A stretch of 64,000 nt of DNA from positions 186,001 through 250,000 of the IMG/VR virus record IMGVR_UViG_3300042482_000702; one strand, given 5' to 3'. Numbering within the stretch: the first letter of the stretch is position 1; every line of letters begins with the position of its first letter. Below, one piece after another: positions 8,403 through 16,039 of the stretch. The notes below the pieces were generated by a model. It saw nothing but the letters and a program-made list of their open reading frames with translations, had not been told where the DNA came from and did not search any database. Position numbers and translations under genes: made by a program.

Positions 8403-11141
8403 ATGGATATGAAAAAAATCTTAATTATAACCCCCCATTTAAGTACAGGTGGAGCTCCACAAGTAACTCTTAACAAAATAAAGTTGTTAAAAGACGATTG
8501 TATTATTAAATGCGTGGAATATTCCTTTATCGCTTGGAACTACGTCATTCAACGAAATCCACTTGAAAATATGTTATTAGATAATTTTCACTCATTAGGC
8601 GATAATAAATCTGAACTTATTAATATTCTAAAAGATTTTAACCCTGATGTTGTTAGTATGGAAGAATTCCCTGAATTCTTTATGGATGATAATATCACAA
8701 AAGAAATATATAAAGAAGACCGTAGATATACTATTTTTGAAACCACTCACGATTCTAGTTTTCCTGTTACATCAAAAAGATATTTTCCGGATAAATTTAT
8801 ATTTGTAAGTGCTTTTAACGCTTTCAGATATTCTATCTTTGATATTCCATATGAGATAATTGAATATCCTGTAGATGTTAAAATAAAAAATCAAAAAGAG
8901 AATCAAGAGAAATTAGATTTAAGTTCTGATTGGAAACATGTTGTTAATGTTGGTTTATTTACGGCAAGAAAAAATCAAAAATATCTTTTTGAGATTGCCG
9001 AATACTTAAAGAATTATAAAATTAAATTTCATTTTATTGGGAATCAAGCTGATAACTTTAAAGATTATTGGGAACCTTTAATTACTAACAAACCTAAGAA
9101 CGCCATTATTTGGGGTGAGAGAAATGATGTGGATAGTTTTATTCAGGCATCTGATGTGTTTTTCTTTTCATCGAAAGGTGACCGAAATAATAAGGAATTA
9201 AACCCTATCGCAATTAAAGAAGCTTTAGAGTATAAGATACCAATGATGATGTATAATTTGGAGGTTTATTGTGGTAAATACAATGATGAAAAATCAATCA
9301 CTTTTTTAACCGGCGATTTAAAACAAGATTCGGAAAACTTATTAAATATTTTGGGGGTTGAGGTTGATGATTCATTAACTTCCCATATAAATGATGATGA
9401 AGTTATTATTATTAGCACTTATCCTGACACTATTAAACGCAAAAATCTAACAATTGAATGTATTGAGAGTTTTAAACAATTAGGTAGAAAAATTATATTA
9501 GTTTCTCATTATCCGGTACCAAATGAGATACACGAGATGGCGGATTATTATGTTTTTGATTCAAATAATTTGATGATACCTCATTCATATTATACACACT
9601 TCTACAATAATACGAATCAATATAATGCCCAAATAAACATCAATGGATTATCAAATTCAAATCAATCATTGGCGGCACACATGAATTTTATGAATGGTGC
9701 TAAATTAGCCAAAGATATTGGTGCAACCAAATTTATGATAATCACTTATGATGTTATTCTAAATGATTTGGACATACCATTAATTGAAAAATATTTTAAT
9801 AAATTAACAACTTGGAACTGTTGTTTATCTTATATGGACAATGGTATTGAAACAACATCTATGGTGTTTAAAACTAGTTATTTTCTAAATACTTTTTTAG
9901 ACATTACTGATGAAGTAACCTTTAATAATCATTGTTCTGAATTGAAATGTCACAATTTTTTGGAAAATTATTATATGAAAATATTAGAAGGTAAAGAAAA
10001 CCTTTGGATTGAACATAACAATCAAAAAACTATTTTACCGAATTCGGGGTTGGGTGTATCATCTAATTCAGAATATTATTCTATTTTACCAGTTAATGAA
10101 ACTAAAAATAAATGGGTATTCTATTTTTATACTTATAATATTGATAATCGTAGATTAGAATTATCTATTAATAAATCGGGGAAAAACATCTTTAAAGATT
10201 CTATAATTATTTCCGAACGTAAGTCAGATTTAGTTTCGGATAGAGCAAAATATTTTAAACATATTGATTATGACGGAGAACCTATTGAAATTGTCATATC
10301 ATTTTATGATGGAGATAATTTACATAAAACAGAAACTTATGAATTAAATGATATTACAATTCACGAATACTATAACAATGGGTTTTTTAAAGAAAATAAT
10401 CAATCTTTAATATCTAATATTGAATCTCCGAAATATAACATTAAAATATTACATTTACAAACAACTATAAACGATGTTAGAGAACAGTTATCAAGAGAAT
10501 CTCTTCAGAAATTAAATGATTTTGGTTTTAATTATGTTTTACATAAAAATGTTCCGTACACATCATTACCACCGTCACATAATTGTTTAAGACCTCACAA
10601 TGTTAGGTTAGAGAAATACGATAATATTGATGACCCTGAGTACGGAAATGCTTTAACACCGGCTCATTATGGTTGTTTTGATTCATTTAAGTTAGGTATT
10701 TTATCAGAATTTGATAAAGAGTTAGATTTTCTAATTGTTTGTGAAGGTGATTGTATTATTGAAGTCCCTACGGAAGAATTTGTTAATAAAGTTAATATGG
10801 TTTGTGAAATAATTAACAATGAAGACATTTCTTACTTCTCATTTGGTGACACCAAAACATTAGATTTTGGGTGGCACCAATCCAATGAGATTAGAAAAAT
10901 CCCTAATCAAGATTTACTTTTTATCACCGATAAAATAATTGGATTACAATGTGTGATGTTCCCAATAAAAACTAGAGAATATCTTACCAATAAATTAAGA
11001 ACTGAAAAATGGGATTGTATGGATACATTTTTTAACATTATTTTTTCAAATAAAAATATGGGGATATTAAAGAATAGAATAACTACTCAGGCAGACGGAT
11101 TTTCTTTAATCGATAAAGAATTAAAAACATTTATAAAATAA
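8403..11141 (+). CDS. Multi-domain glycosyltransferase: N-terminal GT4 (GT-B), central GT-A-like domain, C-terminal GT25-like domain
   Basis: HLSTGGA...VGLFTARKNQ...SDVFFFSS...ELNPIAIKEAL (GT4); C-terminal HYGCFDS...LIVCEGDC resembles GT25 GC..SH...LILEDD. Confidence 0.7.
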   Translation: MDMKKILIITPHLSTGGAPQVTLNKIKLLKDDCIIKCVEYSFIAWNYVIQRNPLENMLLDNFHSLGDNKSELINILKDFNPDVVSMEEFPEFFMDDNITKEIYKEDRRYTIFETTHDSSFPVTSKRYFPDKFIFVSAFNAFRYSIFDIPYEIIEYPVDVKIKNQKENQEKLDLSSDWKHVVNVGLFTARKNQKYLFEIAEYLKNYKIKFHFIGNQADNFKDYWEPLITNKPKNAIIWGERNDVDSFIQASDVFFFSSKGDRNNKELNPIAIKEALEYKIPMMMYNLEVYCGKYNDEKSITFLTGDLKQDSENLLNILGVEVDDSLTSHINDDEVIIISTYPDTIKRKNLTIECIESFKQLGRKIILVSHYPVPNEIHEMADYYVFDSNNLMIPHSYYTHFYNNTNQYNAQININGLSNSNQSLAAHMNFMNGAKLAKDIGATKFMIITYDVILNDLDIPLIEKYFNKLTTWNCCLSYMDNGIETTSMVFKTSYFLNTFLDITDEVTFNNHCSELKCHNFLENYYMKILEGKENLWIEHNNQKTILPNSGLGVSSNSEYYSILPVNETKNKWVFYFYTYNIDNRRLELSINKSGKNIFKDSIIISERKSDLVSDRAKYFKHIDYDGEPIEIVISFYDGDNLHKTETYELNDITIHEYYNNGFFKENNQSLISNIESPKYNIKILHLQTTINDVREQLSRESLQKLNDFGFNYVLHKNVPYTSLPPSHNCLRPHNVRLEKYDNIDDPEYGNALTPAHYGCFDSFKLGILSEFDKELDFLIVCEGDCIIEVPTEEFVNKVNMVCEIINNEDISYFSFGDTKTLDFGWHQSNEIRKIPNQDLLFITDKIIGLQCVMFPIKTREYLTNKLRTEKWDCMDTFFNIIFSNKNMGILKNRITTQADGFSLIDKELKTFIK

Positions 11142-11152
11142 TAAATAACAAT

Positions 11153-13276
11153 ATGAGAATAACGCAAGTAACACCAGGAGTAATCCCTGTTCCACCTAAT
11201 GGATGGGGAGCCGTCGAAAAAATATTATGGTGCTATTATAAAGAATTTAATTCTTTAGGACACGAATGCACAATTAAATATTTAAACGAAGCGTCGACAG
11301 ATAATTCAGATATAATACATATCCATATCGCTAATTTGGCGTTAGACGCTGCGGAAAGAGGTATTCCTTATATTTTTTCCCTACACGACCATCATGTTGT
11401 TCATTACGGAAAAGATTCGTTTAATTATAAACAAAATTTAGAGGCAATACAAAAATCTGTAATATCATTTTGTCATGCGGAATATTTGGTTGATTACTTT
11501 GATGGGACTGATAAATTATTTTATTTATCTCACGGAGTTGAGGTTGATTATTTTAAAGTGGATAATTTATATAGGTCAGAGCATAAATTACTTTGTATTG
11601 CGAACAATGGTATCGGTGGTGATGTATCGTTTGATAGAAAAGGTTTTAGATACGCTATAGAGGCGGCAAAAAAACTAAATCTTCCAATAACAATTGCCGG
11701 ACCTGAAAATAATAAATCATTTTTTAAACATCATCCTGACTTATTAGAATATGAAAAATTAACGCTATTACTTACTAATTTAGGTGAAGATGAGATTTTA
11801 GAGTTATATAAATCACATTCAATATTTTTACACCCATCAATATTAGAAGCTGGTCACCCAAATTTAACATTATTGGAAGCGGTGTCTTGTGGACTTCCTG
11901 TTGTCGGAACATATGAGGGTTCTCAAAAAATAGATGGTATGGTTGTAACAGAGAGAAACTCTGATTCAGTAGCAAATTCTATTTCGGAAATAGTGGACCA
12001 ATACAAACATTATGTGGATTTAACTCAAAATAATAGAGATAAATTTGATTGGTCAATCATTTGCGAAAGAATGGTTAAAATGTATGAGGTAGTCACCTTA
12101 ATAAAAAAAGAATACACATCTGACGAAACTAAAAATTTATTTATAAAAAATTTTAACAATATAACGAAAACAATGGGATTAATAAACTCAAATAACCAAA
12201 ATGTAAAACCAAATGTAAAATATAATTTTCATTTTGTTAATCAACCTTTTTTTGAAATATTAGGAGATAGCGATAAAAAATTTAATGTTGGATTTTATGA
12301 TAGTGGTGGATTACATCATCACACGGAATTATCGTCAAATATGTGGACTAAAGTAAGTAGAGAATACTTTACAAATTGGTATATCAAAGTTTCTTGTGAT
12401 AATGACATTGTTTTTGAATATAACCTTGATTTAACAAATAGAAGAGTTTTCATTTCTTTTGAATCTAGTTCGTTGGGAGATAGTATTGCTTGGATACCAT
12501 ATGTTTTAGAATTTAAAAAACAACATAATTGTATTGTAATTGTCTCAACTTTTTGGAATAAATTATTTAAAAAATCCTACCCTGAATTAGAATTTGTTGA
12601 ACCAGGTTCAACTGTTAAAAATCTATTTGCGTTATATAGAATTGGATGGTTTGAAAATGAAACAAAGGAACCTTTTTACCCTAACACAATACCATTACAA
12701 AAAACAATCACAAATCTTTTAAAATTAGAACATACAGAAATTAAACCAATACTTGATTTTATACCTAAAGTAAAACCTATGGTTGAAAAATATATAACAA
12801 TAGCCGATGAGTCAACTGCCGGATTAAAACTATGGAATAACCCAAAAGGGTGGCAAGAACTTATTGATTATTTAACCGGATTAGGTTATAAAATTATTAA
12901 TATATCTAAACACGGTGGAAATTATAAAAATGTTACAAAATTAAAAGATACGTCAATAGAAAATACTATGAACTATATTCACCATAGTGAATTTTTTATA
13001 GGGTTATCAAGTGGGTTGTCTTGGCTTTCATGGGCGTTGGGTAAACATGTTGTAATGATTTCTAATTTTACTGAATCTGACCACGAATTTACATCAAATT
13101 GTACTAGGATAACAAATGATTCTGTGTGTAATGGATGTTGGAATAAATCAGAATTTAGGTTTGACCGTGGTGATTGGAACTGGTGTCCCGAACATAAGGG
13201 GACTCCTCGTCAATTTGAGTGTCATAAATCAATAACCTCTGAAATGGTGATAAAACAGATACAACATTTATTATAA
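11153..13276 (+). CDS. GT4 glycosyltransferase fused to a TibC/Aah-family (autotransporter) protein O-heptosyltransferase domain
   Basis: N-term PPNGWGAVE...RKGF...EAGHPNLTLLEAVSCGLPVV (GT4). C-term SLGDSIAW.PY...FFIGLSSGLSWLSWALGK.VVMISNFT...EF and CNGCWN-x-WCP.HK.T.RQFEC, the four-Cys iron site of the TibC/Aah family. Confidence 0.85.
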   Translation: MRITQVTPGVIPVPPNGWGAVEKILWCYYKEFNSLGHECTIKYLNEASTDNSDIIHIHIANLALDAAERGIPYIFSLHDHHVVHYGKDSFNYKQNLEAIQKSVISFCHAEYLVDYFDGTDKLFYLSHGVEVDYFKVDNLYRSEHKLLCIANNGIGGDVSFDRKGFRYAIEAAKKLNLPITIAGPENNKSFFKHHPDLLEYEKLTLLLTNLGEDEILELYKSHSIFLHPSILEAGHPNLTLLEAVSCGLPVVGTYEGSQKIDGMVVTERNSDSVANSISEIVDQYKHYVDLTQNNRDKFDWSIICERMVKMYEVVTLIKKEYTSDETKNLFIKNFNNITKTMGLINSNNQNVKPNVKYNFHFVNQPFFEILGDSDKKFNVGFYDSGGLHHHTELSSNMWTKVSREYFTNWYIKVSCDNDIVFEYNLDLTNRRVFISFESSSLGDSIAWIPYVLEFKKQHNCIVIVSTFWNKLFKKSYPELEFVEPGSTVKNLFALYRIGWFENETKEPFYPNTIPLQKTITNLLKLEHTEIKPILDFIPKVKPMVEKYITIADESTAGLKLWNNPKGWQELIDYLTGLGYKIINISKHGGNYKNVTKLKDTSIENTMNYIHHSEFFIGLSSGLSWLSWALGKHVVMISNFTESDHEFTSNCTRITNDSVCNGCWNKSEFRFDRGDWNWCPEHKGTPRQFECHKSITSEMVIKQIQHLL

Positions 13277-13277
13277 C

Positions 13278-13303
13278 AAAAAACCCCAATTAAGGGGTTT
13301 TTT
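13278..13303. terminator. Bidirectional intrinsic terminator between convergent genes
   Basis: aaaaaacccc-aattaa-ggggtttttt hairpin with A/T tails on both sides. Confidence 0.85.
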
Positions 13304-14178
13304 TATTGTTTTCTAATTGAATCTATAATTTGATTTACATCAAAAATTTCATTTAAGTCATTATACGGAATACTTGTCATATCTTGGAATAATAAATATT
13401 TAGAGTAATGACCATGGTCTAACATTAGTTCTTTTGTTGGTGTGTTAGCCATTATATTTGTATTGGTGTGGTATCCAAATACATTAGGGTTAGTTCCAAC
13501 CCAAGTAACAACAGATGGAAGATTTAATGATGCCGCAATGTGCATAACACTTGAATCTATTAATAATCGTTTTTTAGATAAACTCAATAAAATTGCAATA
13601 CTTCTAAAATCATCTAACGCTTGTAAAGTGTCTTCATAAACAAATTGGTCTTCTCTTTTAATGTGAAGAATTGCGTAATCATTTTTAAAATATCTAATCA
13701 CTTCCTCTATTGTTGGTTGAGGTATATCACGAGTCCAACTATATTTTAAAGGTTGTCCTACAGCACCACCATTTGGTTGTATAACCATAATTGGTTTATC
13801 CACTTTATAGAATTGTGTGAAGTATTGTTTTTCGGCTTCAGATATAAAAATTTCAGGTAATTCACCTCTATACTCAACACCAAACATTTCACACCAAATC
13901 TGAATTAAGTGTTTAGATTCCGTAATGTAATCTGATGTTTGATATGGTTCACCAACAAACACTTTGGCGTCTTGGTCCATAATGTACTTAGCGTACAGCC
14001 CTGATAATTGTCCGTGATTTAATACCTTGTTCATATTTGGATTGTTAATAAAAACATCCGGAAAACCAGTTACTACAATTATATAACCGTCAGGGTATTG
14101 TCTTCTAATGGCTTTTAATACGGCGGTTCCCATTACGGATTTCCCCAATCCACCTTCTATTGAAAATATTATATTCAT
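13303..14178 (-). CDS. GT9-like (ADP-heptose:LPS heptosyltransferase fold) glycosyltransferase
   Basis: GGLGKSVMGTAVLKAIRRQYPD at N-term; IDSSVMHIAASLNLPSVVTWVGTNP..FGY matches the GT9 DSG.MH.A.A...P motif. Confidence 0.75.
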   Translation of the reverse strand: MNIIFSIEGGLGKSVMGTAVLKAIRRQYPDGYIIVVTGFPDVFINNPNMNKVLNHGQLSGLYAKYIMDQDAKVFVGEPYQTSDYITESKHLIQIWCEMFGVEYRGELPEIFISEAEKQYFTQFYKVDKPIMVIQPNGGAVGQPLKYSWTRDIPQPTIEEVIRYFKNDYAILHIKREDQFVYEDTLQALDDFRSIAILLSLSKKRLLIDSSVMHIAASLNLPSVVTWVGTNPNVFGYHTNTNIMANTPTKELMLDHGHYSKYLLFQDMTSIPYNDLNEIFDVNQIIDSIRKQ

Positions 14179-14190
14179 ATTTGTTTTTTT

Positions 14191-14637
14191 TTAATTGTTT
14201 AATATTTTTTTTATACATTCATTAACACCAATACTTGTTGTGTCAATATCAATAAAGTTTTCTGTTGGAGGTTCATAGTCATCAACAAACAAATTCTCCC
14301 TACCTCTAATTTCGGATGTGTGAACATAAATCTCTGTGATTTTTCTACCCATCTTTTTTTTAAATTTATCTCTTTGGTCTTTATATGGTGATACTAATGA
14401 AACAACAATATTAACACTTTGAGAACTGAGATATTGGGACATTTGTTGAGCAAGTTGAATATTTTTTCTTCTACCATCTTCAGAATAATCTTTATTATCA
14501 AATAAATCTCTAATATCATCACCATCAATGTGGAAACATAATTCCCTTTTAATATCAATAAGTGATGAAGATAATTCTTTTCCCAATGTTGTTTTACCAG
14601 CGCCCGGCTGACCTGTTATCCAATATATGTTAGACAT
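14191..14637 (-). CDS. cysC: Adenylylsulfate (APS) kinase, compact form; likely start 14637 rather than 14718
   Basis: WITGQPGAGKTT P-loop, IDGDDIR, DYS..GR..NI, VSLVSPY...R, EIYV, YEPP; ATG overlaps the sulfotransferase stop. Confidence 0.85.
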   Translation of the reverse strand: MSNIYWITGQPGAGKTTLGKELSSSLIDIKRELCFHIDGDDIRDLFDNKDYSEDGRRKNIQLAQQMSQYLSSQSVNIVVSLVSPYKDQRDKFKKKMGRKITEIYVHTSEIRGRENLFVDDYEPPTENFIDIDTTSIGVNECIKKILNN

Positions 14638-15451
14638 ACCCAAAATAATCATAAAACCATTTATAATGATTCTTAATGTTGGTTGATAATTCATAACCCA
14701 ATATATCCAAATAATCATCCGGTAATTTTCTAAATTCTTTTCTCAATACATGGTCACCATATATACCGTGAACAACATCATTTTCGTTTGTCACCTGTTC
14801 GATATATTCAAAATTGTGTTCTTGATACATTGGTTGTCCAACATAGTCGTAAAATCGTTTTAATTCTCTTTCAGGGTTATCCATCAAATCCTCGTATCTA
14901 ATAAATAAAATTTTAGTATGAAGTCCTTGTTGGAAGATATCTTGTAGTCGGTCTAATGTCACACCAACCGGTGGACCACTAGCCCAAATATCTATTCGTT
15001 TGTTTACAGTTGTTCCAACCAATTCGTTTGGGTTCTGTATATGATTTTCTTTGTGGGGGTTTTTTCTGAAGTTTTTTTCCATTGAGGAATAGACACATCT
15101 AATGTCTCTAACCATACAAACAATCTTTGGGTCTTCTTTGAATAAACTCAATAGATTGTAATTAATACCCCACCCTCGACTCTTGTCTAACACATATGGT
15201 TTATCTGTTAATTCCTCAAAGAATCCTTGAATCCCTTTTCTACAAAAATTAATGAATGCTTTTTCCATTAATTTGGGGTCTTGTGCTCTAATTTCTTGAG
15301 AACCATTATAATGATTTTTAGCTCCCGATACCAACTCAATTAATCCTGAAGTTGGGGTTACGTAAAATTGGGGGTTTTGTCCGATTAAATTTTGAAATAG
15401 GGTTGACCCTGCTCTAGGTAGAGAAGAGTTAAAAAAGATTATCTTATCCAT
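14630..15451 (-). CDS. PAPS-dependent sulfotransferase
   Basis: 5'-PSB loop SLPRAGSTL, 3'-PB motif KIVCMVRD...VYSS, IRYEDL...P. Confidence 0.85.
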   Translation of the reverse strand: MDKIIFFNSSLPRAGSTLFQNLIGQNPQFYVTPTSGLIELVSGAKNHYNGSQEIRAQDPKLMEKAFINFCRKGIQGFFEELTDKPYVLDKSRGWGINYNLLSLFKEDPKIVCMVRDIRCVYSSMEKNFRKNPHKENHIQNPNELVGTTVNKRIDIWASGPPVGVTLDRLQDIFQQGLHTKILFIRYEDLMDNPERELKRFYDYVGQPMYQEHNFEYIEQVTNENDVVHGIYGDHVLRKEFRKLPDDYLDILGYELSTNIKNHYKWFYDYFGYV

Positions 15452-15500
15452 AAATTATAACATATATTTGTGTTAATAATAAATGGATGTTGAATTGTTG

Positions 15501-15534
15501 TAAACCCTATTGAAGTAATTTTTAATAGGGTTTA
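15501..15534. terminator. Inverted repeat (hairpin; terminator or operator) upstream of the sulfotransferase
   Basis: taaaccctattgaa...tttaatagggttta, 14-bp stem with one mismatch. Confidence 0.5.
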
Positions 15535-15592
15535 TTCGAAAAAATAAAGTGGTCTTGTCCTCTCCGACCAGCCAATTCCCGTAGCAACCACC

Positions 15593-15856
15593 TTATAGTA
15601 ATATTGTTCCGATGATAGCACCTAATGTTGTGAAGGCGATGTCATAGTAATCAAAAGGGGCTTCGTGATATTTTCCATGATACCATTCCCAAACAAACCC
15701 TATTACATATCCAAATAGACCTGCAACAAATGCCTGTCCAATCTTTCCGATGTCAAAGGAGGGGTCGTATTTTATTAATAACCAAATAAATGGTGTCACT
15801 ATTAAAGCACCACCAAGTATGTGTAGGTAATATCGCTGTTTAAAAAAATTATTCAT
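15593..15856 (-). CDS. Small integral membrane protein (87 aa)
   Basis: Three hydrophobic segments; LH..GG...WE......FD..D...T..G pattern. Confidence 0.7.
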   Translation of the reverse strand: MNNFFKQRYYLHILGGALIVTPFIWLLIKYDPSFDIGKIGQAFVAGLFGYVIGFVWEWYHGKYHEAPFDYYDIAFTTLGAIIGTILL

Positions 15857-15861
15857 AAATT

Positions 15862-16035
15862 TTAATTATTATTGTTTATATAAGGTTGTTCGTCATACCA
15901 AGTCCATCCATCGACGGGGTAAGTGTAAGTATCTTTTAATTCTTTTTCTAATGTATAGTTGGGTGCGTAAATAGCATTTGGCGCATATTGCCAATTCCCA
16001 TCTTCTAGTTTATAAAATCCTGATGTATTTTCCAT
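15862..16035 (-). CDS. 57-aa protein downstream of the LRR fibre gene (not in ORF track)
   Basis: MENTSGFYKLEDGNWQYAPNAIYAPNYTLEKELKDTYTYPVDGWTWYDEQPYINNNN*; fills the gap, ATG 4 nt after the upstream stop, stop 5 nt before the next ATG. Confidence 0.8.
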   Translation of the reverse strand: MENTSGFYKLEDGNWQYAPNAIYAPNYTLEKELKDTYTYPVDGWTWYDEQPYINNNN

Positions 16036-16039
16036 ATTT

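Noticed and set aside
14638-14718. N-terminal extension of the APS kinase in the ORF track
   Set aside because: Overlaps the sulfotransferase coding region; the P-loop fold begins right after ATG 14637
15593-15856. Holin
   Set aside because: Membrane protein, but no adjacent endolysin or spanin and no charged C-terminal tail; cannot support the call
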